Of a stretch of 64,000 bases of DNA, positions 1 through 7,458 are shown piece after piece. A program made the translations under genes and the position numbers. The stretch is from Verrucomicrobiota bacterium (GTDB taxonomy: Bacteria > Chlamydiota > Chlamydiia > Chlamydiales > Rhabdochlamydiaceae), in the NCBI GenBank assembly GCA_018239665.1, contig JAFEGV010000001.1, forward strand, positions 24,797 through 88,796. Direction: 5' to 3'. The first letter of the stretch is position 1; each line of letters opens with the position of its first letter. Below the pieces are notes generated by a model, which saw nothing but the letters and a program-made list of their open reading frames with translations, was not told the origin of the DNA and did not search any database.

Positions 1-1
1 G

Positions 2-349
2 CCCAATCACCTTTTAGGCATCGGCGATCTTGAATCGATCGACCTGTGCGTCCCTTTAGGGATTGACACATTCGATTCCTCCTATCCGACGCGCGCTGCG
101 CGCCACGGGGTTCTCTTGACTAACCAAGGCCCGCTAAAAATTACCCGCAGCGACAATGCGACCGATTTCGGCCCTCCTGAAAAAGGGTGCGCATGTCCGA
201 CTTGCAAGCAGTTTTGCTTGGCATATCTTCACCACCTTTTTAAAGCTAAAGAGATGACCTGCATGACCCTTGCAACGGTCCACAACCTGTATTTTATGGT
301 GCAGCTGATGCAGACCTACCGGGAAAATATTCTCAACGACCAAGTTTAG
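2..349 (+). CDS. tgt: tRNA-guanine(34) transglycosylase (queuine tRNA-ribosyltransferase), C-terminal part; the 5' end lies outside the window
   Basis: The frame is open from the window edge. The translation PNHLLGIGDLESIDLCVPLGIDTFDSSYPTRAARHGVLLTNQG...CACPTCKQFCLAYLHHLFKAKEMTCMTLATVHNLYF matches the conserved TGT C-terminal half, including the PTR.ARHG box and the Zn site CxCxxC...H with 'YLHHL'. Confidence 0.85.
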   Translation, partial: PNHLLGIGDLESIDLCVPLGIDTFDSSYPTRAARHGVLLTNQGPLKITRSDNATDFGPPEKGCACPTCKQFCLAYLHHLFKAKEMTCMTLATVHNLYFMVQLMQTYRENILNDQV

Positions 350-358
350 TTGACATCC

Positions 359-380
359 TCCCCTCCCTAAAGGAAGGGGA
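359..380. repeat. Subterminal hairpin of the IS200/IS605 element (tnpB-proximal end, presumed RE)
   Basis: tcccctccctaaaggaagggga has an imperfect stem TCCCCT(C)C/GGAAGGGGA around a CTAAAGG-type loop. It lies 10 nt after the tgt stop and 13 nt before the tnpB stop. Confidence 0.6.
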
Positions 381-392
381 TTCCTACGGCGT

Positions 393-1667
393 TCAGCTAA
401 CAGTTAACTGACTCACTTCGGTGGGTTCCTGCTTCATTGAACGGTTTGACTGTACCCGCTCTCCACAGGCTAACAAGCGATATCCTCGCTCTAAAATATT
501 GATTGCACCGACCGTGTCGGCGTTATTCTCATACTCACACTCGACACACTTGAACTGGGCTTGTGTCTTGCGGTTGTCCTCAGATACATGACGACAGCAC
601 GGACAGGTTTGGCTAGTGTTGTATGCAGGCACAACAAGCAACATCCCGCCATTCCATTCCAGCTTGTATTCTAGCTGGCGGCGGAACTCGCCCCATCCCT
701 GATCCAGAATACTGCGGTTCAGTCTGGATTTCTGCTGCACCCCCCTACCCGGTTGTTCTTGTGTTCCTGCTGCTGATTTAGACATCTTACTTACCTGCAA
801 ATCTTCAATGCAAACGATCGCGTGGTTTTGACTGATCGTTGTTGTAGTTTTATGCAGGAAGTCTTTTCGGGCATTTGCTATGACCGTATGAATCTTCTGA
901 ACTTTGGCTTTCGCCTTTTTCCAATTATTGCTGAATTTAACTTTACGGCTCATGCGCCGTTGGTATTTGGCTAATCGTTGTTGGTGTTTTTTGAAGCTAT
1001 TGAGTGGTGCGATATGACTGCCATCGTTCATGGTAGCAAAACGGGCAATGCCAACATCGATACCTATTGCAGTTGTGGCTGTTGGAACGGACGGTTCGAC
1101 TGCGCGTTTTGTTTGAATCGACACAAACCACTTTCCACCATTGCTGGATACGGTGACATTGCACAGATCGCCTACTACGTTGCGGCTGTTGCGATAACGC
1201 AACCAACCGAGTTTCGGCAGGAAAATGCGGCTGTTGTCCTGGTCGAGTTTGATTTGTGTATGATCGGGATAGCGAAAACTATCGCCATTGCCTTTCCGCT
1301 TAAAACGTGGAAAGTCGGCGCGCTTGGCAAAGAAGTTTTTGTACGCTTTTTCCAAGTCTTTAAGGGCGTGTTGCTGTGGGTGGCAGGGAGCTTCTTTGAG
1401 CCAAGGTGTTTCCGTACCATTGCGCCAATCGGTAAGCTGCTTGGCCATTGCCACATAACCGATGAACTTATTTCCGGCTTCGTAGTTTTCTTTTTGCAAT
1501 GCCAATGCCTTGTTAAATACAAAACGGCACGACCCAGCGAAGCGGCGCATATCGCGTTCTTGCTCGCCGTCCGGCTGTAGTTCATATTTAAATGCTTGCA
1601 GTCGTTGCATGACTAAATTATAATTTTGTCCATGAAAAAAAACAATGAGATTTGCCATGGTAGGCAC
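393..1667 (-). CDS. tnpB: IS605 OrfB-family TnpB (RuvC-like, RNA-guided endonuclease family)
   Basis: 424 aa. RuvC triad contexts are present (GIDVGI; IVCIEDLQV; NADTVGAINILERG), as is the C-terminal zinc ribbon CPCCRHV...KCVECEYENNAD. Length and motif order are typical of OrfB/TnpB. Confidence 0.9.
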   Translation of the reverse strand: MPTMANLIVFFHGQNYNLVMQRLQAFKYELQPDGEQERDMRRFAGSCRFVFNKALALQKENYEAGNKFIGYVAMAKQLTDWRNGTETPWLKEAPCHPQQHALKDLEKAYKNFFAKRADFPRFKRKGNGDSFRYPDHTQIKLDQDNSRIFLPKLGWLRYRNSRNVVGDLCNVTVSSNGGKWFVSIQTKRAVEPSVPTATTAIGIDVGIARFATMNDGSHIAPLNSFKKHQQRLAKYQRRMSRKVKFSNNWKKAKAKVQKIHTVIANARKDFLHKTTTTISQNHAIVCIEDLQVSKMSKSAAGTQEQPGRGVQQKSRLNRSILDQGWGEFRRQLEYKLEWNGGMLLVVPAYNTSQTCPCCRHVSEDNRKTQAQFKCVECEYENNADTVGAINILERGYRLLACGERVQSNRSMKQEPTEVSQLTVS

Positions 1668-2047
1668 TGTGTATTTTTAATGCACGTCCATCTGGTCTTT
1701 GTTACGAAATATCGCCGTGAGGTGTTCACAAAAGAGATACTGGACAACCTACGTCCTATCTTTTCTAGTGTCTGTGCGGATTTTGAAGCTGAACTAGTGA
1801 AGTTCGATGGCGAAGATGACCACGTCTACCTATTGGTGAATTATCCGCCGAAAATTACAGTGTCAAAAATAGTTAATAGCCTGAAGGGGGTATCGAGCCA
1901 CCTGATTCGCAAAAAAACTATCCTACTATCCGCCTAAAATTATGGGGTGGGGCATTGTGGTCTCCTAGTTATTTTGCAGGCAGTTGTGGAGGCGCTTCCA
2001 TTGCTATTATCCGTAAGTACATTGAACAGCAGAGAACGTCACACTAA
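1626..2047 (+). pseudogene. tnpA: IS200-type Y1 (HUH) transposase TnpA, interrupted by a frameshift in an A7 run (1911-1917)
   Basis: Frame 0 gives the HUH motif (MHVHLVFVTKYRR) and ...VNSLKGVSSHLIRKK, then stops at 1937. The conserved C-terminus NYPTIRLKLWGGALWSPSYFAGSCGGASIAIIRKYIEQQRTSH* continues in another frame from 1916 to 2047. One extra A in the run would restore a single ORF of about 140 aa. Confidence 0.8.
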
Positions 2048-2086
2048 CCAACAAACCGGGAAGCGGCTACGCCGTCAGCGCTCTTG

Positions 2087-2108
2087 ACCCCGCCCTAAAG
2101 GGCGGGGT
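2087..2108. repeat. Subterminal hairpin of the IS200/IS605 element (tnpA-proximal end, presumed LE)
   Basis: accccgccc-taaa-gggcggggt forms a perfect 9-bp stem with a TAAA loop, 40 nt after the reconstructed tnpA stop. Confidence 0.65.
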
Positions 2109-2140
2109 TTGCCGCGCAACAGATCAACAACAAAAGGTCT

Positions 2141-2381
2141 ATACCCAAATAACATCAAAAGTTGGGAACTAGACAAGACCAGTTCGTGCCCAAGGGCACT
2201 TCACCTGCTCCGCACTGCGAAGGTTCACCGAACCTTCTCGTGTGTCCGCAGCCTTGATTTTGAGTCAGGCGAAGCCGACGCCGAAGCAGCTCAACTTGAA
2301 TAAGTTGGGCGATGGAGGCGGATCTCAAAATCAACGGCTGGCGACGCCGTCAAAAACCAACTTTTGATGTTATTTGGGTAT
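2141..2381. repeat. Palindromic MITE-like element with perfect 25-bp terminal inverted repeats
   Basis: atacccaaataacatcaaaagttgg (2141-2165) is the exact reverse complement of ccaacttttgatgttatttgggtat (2357-2381). The interior holds nested hairpins (gtgcccaagggcac; gaaggttcaccgaaccttc; ccttgattttgag/ctcaaaatcaacgg). Confidence 0.75.
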
Positions 2382-2421
2382 ATTGAGTAACATTGTTCCT
2401 TTTTTGAAAAGGAGCCGATCC

Positions 2422-3147
2422 ATGTTGAAATATGCCGTTCTATTTTTTATTGCCCTTCTGACCCATGGGTATACCATTGAGCCGCTTATCGTCGGGATTG
2501 CCGGAGGAACCGGATCCGGTAAAACGACGCTTGCCGATAAGCTCATCGAAGCATTTCCGGGACAGTCCGTCCTCATTTGCCAAGACTCCTACTATAAAGA
2601 CATCTCCAACCAGCCGATCGAAGAGAGGGCAAAGGCCAATTTCGACCATCCCAATTCTTTAGACTTTGACCTCCTGCGTGATCATTTGGTCGCGCTTAAG
2701 AACAATCAATCGATCAACGTTCCCCAGTACAGCTTCCATACCCACTCGCGCGAACCTCAGTCCACCCTCCTGCAACCGGCCGCACTGATCATCGTTGAGG
2801 GCATTCTCATCTTTGCCGTTGATGAAGTCCGCGACCTCTTCGACATTAAGATCTATGTGGACACGGACGATGATGTGCGCCTGCTGAGAAGGATCGAAAG
2901 GGACATGAAAGAGCGCTCGCGCGATTTCTGCAGCATCCGCGACCAATACTTAAAAACTGTCAAGCCGATGCACGATTCGTTTGTCGAGCCAAGCAAACGG
3001 TTTGCCGACGTGATCATCCCTTCCGACCGCAGAAATGTCAAAGGGCTCAGCATGATCGTCTCCAAACTTAAGGAAGAACTCCAATTGCATCAGCAAACGC
3101 TAACTTGCAATACATCCGATCATGGCTATAATGAGGAAAAACAGTGA
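2422..3147 (+). CDS. udk: uridine kinase
   Basis: P-loop GIAGGTGSGKTTLA is present, with DSYY, NFDHPNSLDFDLL, IIVEGI and VDTDDDVRLLRRIERD boxes. I prefer the ATG at 2422 (AAGGAG 7 nt upstream) over the tracked TTG at 2374, which lies inside the inverted repeat. Confidence 0.88.
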   Translation: MLKYAVLFFIALLTHGYTIEPLIVGIAGGTGSGKTTLADKLIEAFPGQSVLICQDSYYKDISNQPIEERAKANFDHPNSLDFDLLRDHLVALKNNQSINVPQYSFHTHSREPQSTLLQPAALIIVEGILIFAVDEVRDLFDIKIYVDTDDDVRLLRRIERDMKERSRDFCSIRDQYLKTVKPMHDSFVEPSKRFADVIIPSDRRNVKGLSMIVSKLKEELQLHQQTLTCNTSDHGYNEEKQ

Positions 3148-3156
3148 AAAAAACGG

Positions 3157-4599
3157 ATGCGGATCTTACTTACTGGCGCCAACGGCTACATCGGGGCTAG
3201 GCTTTTGCCCCTTCTTCTTGAAGAGGGGCATCACGTCATTGCCCTGTTGCGCCATCCGAAACGCTTTGACATCTCTTCTCTTAGGGAAAAGCAGGTCACG
3301 ACGATCTTCGCGGACCTGCTGGACAAAGGCTCTTTAGAAAAGCTGCCTAAACAAATCGATGCAGCCTACTATCTCGTCCATTCGATGAGCGATTCCGCTA
3401 AAGACTTTTCCGAATTGGAAGAAGAGTCTGCAAAAAACTTCATCGAAGCTCTTGAAAAAACTGAAGCGAAGCAGATCGTCTATTTAAGCGGACTGAGCAG
3501 CGACGCATCCCTTTCCCCCCACCTCTCTTCCAGAAGAAAAGTGGAGCAGATTTTATCGCATGGCAGCATCCCCTGCACGACCCTTCGGTCCGGAGTGATC
3601 ATCGGGTCTGGAAGCGCCTCCTTTGAAATCATCAGGGACCTTGTGGAGAAGCTGCCTTTGATGATTGCCCCTCGCTGGGTGCGCAACAGGACGCAGCCAA
3701 TTGCCGTATCCGACGTGCTGTTCTATTTAAAAGCTGTTCTGAACAATCCCGATACTTTCAGAAAGGCATTTGAGATCGGAGGCCCGGATGTTTTGACATA
3801 TCGGGAAATGCTCCTGCGCTATGCTTCGATCCGTGGGCTGCGCCGTTATGTGATCAACGTTCCCGTTTTAACTCCCAAGCTCTCCTCTTATTGGCTTTAT
3901 TTCGTGACATCGACCAATTTTTCCCTTGCAAGCTCTCTTGTCGACAGCCTGCGCAATGAGACGATCTGTTCCGATTTTCAGATCCAAAAACTGATACCCC
4001 ATCAATGTTTAAAATATGAGGAAGCGATCTCGCGGGCCTTGGAAAAAATAGAACAAAACGCCGTTGTTTCCAGTTGGCGCGACGCCATAGTCTTAAGCCG
4101 TCTGCAGCCTAATTTCCAGGAGCACATACGGATCCCCGCTACAGGATGCTTGTCCAACAAGCAAAGGATTGAGATCCATGGCAATCCTCAAGCTTCCATC
4201 GATGCGCTATGGGCAATCGGCGGAGAGACCGGATGGTATTACGCGAACTGGGCCTGGAAAATCCGCGGGTTCGTCGATAAGCTCTGCGGCGGAGCAGGAC
4301 TTAACCGGGGCAGAACGAATACAGACAAGATTGAAACCGGCGACGCCATCGATTTTTGGCGCGTGCTGGCTGCTGATAAAACAAATGGCCGATTGCTGCT
4401 TTACGCAGAGATGAAACTCCCCGGAGAAGCTTGGCTCGAATTCAGGATCTGCCGCGATGGTCCCAAGACTTTTCTCGAGCAAACTGCGACATTCCGGCCT
4501 AAAGGGGTTCTAGGCCGGCTCTACTGGTATTCCCTTCTTCCCATCCACAATTTGATCTTCCATGGGATGGCAAGGGCCATAGTCCGCGGCAACAGTTAA
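3157..4599 (+). CDS. NAD(P)-binding SDR/NmrA-like protein with a C-terminal DUF2867-like domain
   Basis: The N-terminal Rossmann motif MRILLTGANGYIGARLL is present. The 480-aa two-domain layout resembles SDR-DUF2867 fusion proteins. Substrate is unknown. Confidence 0.6.
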   Translation: MRILLTGANGYIGARLLPLLLEEGHHVIALLRHPKRFDISSLREKQVTTIFADLLDKGSLEKLPKQIDAAYYLVHSMSDSAKDFSELEEESAKNFIEALEKTEAKQIVYLSGLSSDASLSPHLSSRRKVEQILSHGSIPCTTLRSGVIIGSGSASFEIIRDLVEKLPLMIAPRWVRNRTQPIAVSDVLFYLKAVLNNPDTFRKAFEIGGPDVLTYREMLLRYASIRGLRRYVINVPVLTPKLSSYWLYFVTSTNFSLASSLVDSLRNETICSDFQIQKLIPHQCLKYEEAISRALEKIEQNAVVSSWRDAIVLSRLQPNFQEHIRIPATGCLSNKQRIEIHGNPQASIDALWAIGGETGWYYANWAWKIRGFVDKLCGGAGLNRGRTNTDKIETGDAIDFWRVLAADKTNGRLLLYAEMKLPGEAWLEFRICRDGPKTFLEQTATFRPKGVLGRLYWYSLLPIHNLIFHGMARAIVRGNS

Positions 4600-5195
4600 A
4601 CTGTTACAAGCTGCGACTCACTAGGTTCTGCAAGTTTGAGCTGCTGGGCGTAGCAACGGTAGCAAACGGGAAAGTAGCTCTCTTCCGCTCCAAGCTGCAC
4701 CGTAGGGCCGTCCAGTGTTGGAACCCCGTCAACGTGCTTGATGTTCATGATCGACTTTCGGTTGCAGTAATGGCATGTGGCCTTTACCTCTTCGATCGAA
4801 TCGGCAAGTTCCATAAGGCGCAACGAACCTTCAAAAAGCTTCGACCTGAAATCGGTGCGGAGGCCATAGCAAATAACGGGAATATCCTTGAGAAGGGTGA
4901 CCATGCGCAGCTGTTCGATCGTGCTTGCTGAAAAGAACTGGGCCTCGTCGACCAATATACAGCTGACCCCTTCCAAGTTCAGGTCGAGAATATTGGTTTC
5001 AGGGGTGACCAGGACATCCGCCGCCATCTCCAATCCTGCCCGAGACTTGATCTGTTCCCTGCCAAACCGGGTGTCCATTTCAGGTTTGAGCAATACGATC
5101 TTTTTGCCCTGCTGGCGGTAATTGTGCGCGACAGCTAGAAGGTTTAACGTTTTTGCACTGCCTACGGTGCCATGTCGAAAATAGAGTTTTGCCAT
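4596..5195 (-). CDS. tdk: thymidine kinase
   Basis: MAKLYFRHGTVGSAKTLNLL...VLVDEAQFF...ICYGLRTDFRSKLFEGS...CHYCNRK...CYRCY is colinear with E. coli-type Tdk, including the P-loop and the C-terminal zinc Cys pairs. Confidence 0.9.
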   Translation of the reverse strand: MAKLYFRHGTVGSAKTLNLLAVAHNYRQQGKKIVLLKPEMDTRFGREQIKSRAGLEMAADVLVTPETNILDLNLEGVSCILVDEAQFFSASTIEQLRMVTLLKDIPVICYGLRTDFRSKLFEGSLRLMELADSIEEVKATCHYCNRKSIMNIKHVDGVPTLDGPTVQLGAEESYFPVCYRCYAQQLKLAEPSESQLVTV

Positions 5196-5217
5196 TGGTC
5201 GGTCCCCCTTGATTTAT

Positions 5218-5376
5218 GAGGGAATTGCAAAACTCATTTGCCCGTTAAAATCGCTCTTTTGAGGCTGTTTGCGCCCGTTCTCCTTCCCCGACCCACTAGG
5301 GGTCGGCCTCGTCGAACGGGCGCAAACAGCCTCAAAATCATCAATTTTTTCTGGCAAAGCAGTTTTGCAATTCCCT
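5218..5376. repeat. Family-1 palindromic intergenic element (type copy)
   Basis: The termini are perfect 17-bp inverted repeats: gagggaattgcaaaact (5218-5234) and agttttgcaattccctc (5360-5376). A nested perfect 24-bp inverted repeat lies at 5257-5280 / 5314-5337, with a central hairpin ccgaccc/gggtcgg. Confidence 0.85.
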
Positions 5377-5477
5377 CTTATGCAAAATATAGCGTTGGGA
5401 TCCCAAACGCACAAGCAATTTCAGGAAAAAAATTTCTTGCTTTCATTTTTTTGGGCTTTTGAGCATAACAAAACACC

Positions 5478-5669
5478 TTAGCTCGACTTTGCACCTTTTT
5501 GGGTTCGAAGGCCTCGAGGTATTTGTTCTCGGGGAAGTTATTTATAACGGGAAAGGGTCCTTTAACCCTGTCCCGTTATAAATAATCTCCAAGTTCGACC
5601 TGCGGTCGAACGTCCGAGGGCAAATAGACGAGGCAGGCGAGCCCAAAAAGGCGCAAAGTCGAGCTTAGC
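5478..5669. repeat. Family-2 palindromic intergenic element, copy 1
   Basis: The arms ttagctcgactttgcacctttttgggttcg (5478-) and cgagcccaaaaaggcgcaaagtcgagcttagc (-5669) are near-perfect inverted repeats. Internal hairpins are gttatttataacggg...cccgttataaataa and gttcgacctgcggtcgaac. The architecture is the same as 63705-63894. Confidence 0.8.
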
Positions 5670-5697
5670 TGAAACCAATCCAAGGTAGAGGTAACCT

Positions 5698-6351
5698 ATG
5701 CTGATGACTGATATCCATGTCCGTACTTTCGTGGGCCCGGCTTTAAGGACCTATTTGCACAGCATTGCAAAACTGCGGATGGATGTCTTTCGGGAATACC
5801 CTTTTTTGGAAGAACCGGACCTGACTTTGGAAACCGCGAGATTGAAGCGTTACCTGACCAGCAAGGAATCGATCGGCGTGCTAGTCTTCGACAATACGAC
5901 GCTCGTCGGCGTTTCCCTTGGCATCCCCTTAACTCTAGAGCGGGACGAGATCCAAAGGCCGTTTCTTGATCGGTTCCATGATATCTCGACCTACTTCTAC
6001 TTCGGGGAGTCGGTCCTGCTCAAGCAATACCGGAACAGGGGCATCGGCCATCACTTCTTTGATGCGCGCGAAGCCCATGTCAAGCATCTGATCCAGTACA
6101 AGCACATCTGCTTTTTTGATCCGGTCCGTCCTGAAGATGACCTGCATAAGCCTGCCGACTACTTGTCTCCGCATGACTTTTGGCGCAAGCGGGGCTATGT
6201 CCACTGCCCCGATCTGCATTGTAAATTGGTATGGAAAGAACTAGAAGAAAAGCAACCTTCTGAAAAGTCTTTGACCTTCTGGATCAAAGACCTTCACGAC
6301 GATTACGCGCCTTTTGAGAGATCAAATGAATCCAAGAAAGGATTGTCTTGA
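5698..6351 (+). CDS. GNAT-family N-acetyltransferase (putative)
   Basis: Carries an acetyl-CoA-binding-like motif, LLKQYRNRGIGHHFF (Q/RxxGxG/A), in a 217-aa protein. Substrate is unknown. Confidence 0.5.
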   Translation: MLMTDIHVRTFVGPALRTYLHSIAKLRMDVFREYPFLEEPDLTLETARLKRYLTSKESIGVLVFDNTTLVGVSLGIPLTLERDEIQRPFLDRFHDISTYFYFGESVLLKQYRNRGIGHHFFDAREAHVKHLIQYKHICFFDPVRPEDDLHKPADYLSPHDFWRKRGYVHCPDLHCKLVWKELEEKQPSEKSLTFWIKDLHDDYAPFERSNESKKGLS

Positions 6352-7226
6352 AGCTCTTGTTCTAAAGAAGGCGGATAGGTGACTGTCAGCTTATAGAGGG
6401 TAGTTCCAACTAGAATAAGCCGTCCTTTGACCTGCTGATCGCCTTGCTGAAGGCGGAAGTCGAGAGAGCGATGCGCTTGATGCGTTGAGAACTTCTTATC
6501 GACGATCGTTGTTCCTGGCATGTACTTGACCATGATGTCCAAAGCGCCTTTAAGCAAGGTAGTTGATCCTGCCATCTTCCATTTCCGCGGAAGGTCCATA
6601 TAAGTCACTGAATAGTACACTTGTTTGTTCTGATGGGTTTTTAGCTCTTGGTAGTTAAGGACTTTGTTCGCTTCGGGGATCGGGAGCACTTTTGTCTCTT
6701 CTTGGGGATCGTTCGGGAAATGGACTTTGAAACCCGCATCGTCATAGGCATATTGGATCCAGCCTTCCTTCGACGAGAGTCCTTTTTCCAAGCCGATCGA
6801 CCACTTCGTCAAAGCGTTTCCAAAAATACTGGCTATTGCACAGCCGGCAATGATGATTAGAGCTGTAATCCGCCGCTTGAAGGAGAGGGCCATTTGACGG
6901 ATCAAAGTGTTGTTTGAACCGAAAAAAGATGCAGCCTTGAAGCTTTCCCAATAGCTGAGCTTGCGTCCTGTCCGATCAAAGATCTTGATGCCAAATAGAG
7001 CTTTTCCTGGAGTGGTCCCGGTCAGCGAGACTAACAAGGCCTCAATGGGGATCCAAAGGAAAGGAACTGCGAGAGCAAAAGCAAAGTAGTAAAGGGTATC
7101 AATGAACCAGGGAAAGAACATCGAGATGGTTCCGCCGACGAGGAAGAGGGATAGGTAGTCGACAAACCGAGCCAGAGCTCGAAACGATTTTGAAGGATTT
7201 TTTGAATTAAACAACCAAAAATGCAT
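6303..7226 (-). CDS. RDD-family membrane protein with a C-terminal extracytoplasmic domain
   Basis: RDD signature pieces FRALARFVDYLSLFLV and TPGKALFGIKIFDRTGRKL are present, with about 4 hydrophobic segments followed by a soluble domain of about 170 aa. Confidence 0.55.
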   Translation of the reverse strand: MHFWLFNSKNPSKSFRALARFVDYLSLFLVGGTISMFFPWFIDTLYYFAFALAVPFLWIPIEALLVSLTGTTPGKALFGIKIFDRTGRKLSYWESFKAASFFGSNNTLIRQMALSFKRRITALIIIAGCAIASIFGNALTKWSIGLEKGLSSKEGWIQYAYDDAGFKVHFPNDPQEETKVLPIPEANKVLNYQELKTHQNKQVYYSVTYMDLPRKWKMAGSTTLLKGALDIMVKYMPGTTIVDKKFSTHQAHRSLDFRLQQGDQQVKGRLILVGTTLYKLTVTYPPSLEQELQDNPFLDSFDLSKGA

Positions 7227-7416
7227 AAAACTCTCACCTTTTAATTAACATTGATAACAATTATACACCAATTGAACTAACAGATCAATTAAACTGATGT
7301 TTTAATTTAAAATTAAAAATCGCGATTAAAATGAAAGTAAAAAAGGCTTACCGAGTTAGAGTTCCAGGAGCCTTAGAAAGTATCTGAAAAAGGGAGGAAG
7401 AAATTATTTATTATAC

Positions 7417-7449
7417 GAGGAAATTGCAAAGCAGTTTTGCAATTCCCTC
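7417..7449 (-). terminator. Hairpin built from two inverted family-1 core motifs, 10 nt downstream of the stop of the 7459-8769 ORF (possible terminator)
   Basis: gaggaaattgcaaa-gc-agttttgcaattccctc gives a stem of about 14 bp with one mismatch. The downstream tract on the minus strand is only moderately T-rich. Confidence 0.4.
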
Positions 7450-7458
7450 TTGCAGATG

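Larger units (their letters stand above)
350..2122 (-). mobile_element. IS200/IS605-family insertion sequence with divergent tnpA/tnpB (IS605-like layout); boundaries are approximate
   Basis: Contains a TnpB ORF (393-1667, -) and a Y1 HUH TnpA (1626-2047, +) that overlap head-to-head. Subterminal hairpins with similar TAAAG loops sit at both ends (359-380 and 2087-2108). There are no long terminal inverted repeats, as expected for this family. The element begins directly after the tgt stop codon. Confidence 0.8.

Noticed and set aside
978-1580. 200-aa plus-strand ORF, with 997-1206 and 1175-1585 on the minus strand, inside tnpB
   Set aside because: These are antisense or out-of-frame shadow ORFs within a well-supported TnpB gene. 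They show no motifs and have low-complexity, Cys/Arg-rich composition typical of wrong-frame translation.
1905-1920. Programmed -1 ribosomal frameshift at A AAA AAA C in tnpA
   Set aside because: The heptamer is slippery in principle. However, programmed frameshifting is not an established feature of IS200/IS605 TnpA, and no downstream stimulatory structure is obvious. A 1-nt indel or a sequencing error is the simpler explanation, and the point is kept as a caveat in the finding.
2109-2303. 64-aa ORF inside the 2141-2381 palindromic element. The same applies to ORFs 5214-5481, 13081-13368, 18763-19130 and 61629-62070, which lie inside other repeats.
   Set aside because: They lie wholly in palindromic repeat DNA and lack an RBS. 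Mirror-image ORFs appear on both strands, as expected from inverted repeats rather than from genes.
2374-2421. Tracked TTG start of udk at 2374
   Set aside because: The TTG lies inside the right inverted repeat. An in-frame ATG at 2422 has an AAGGAG Shine-Dalgarno at the correct spacing and gives a normal Udk N-terminus.
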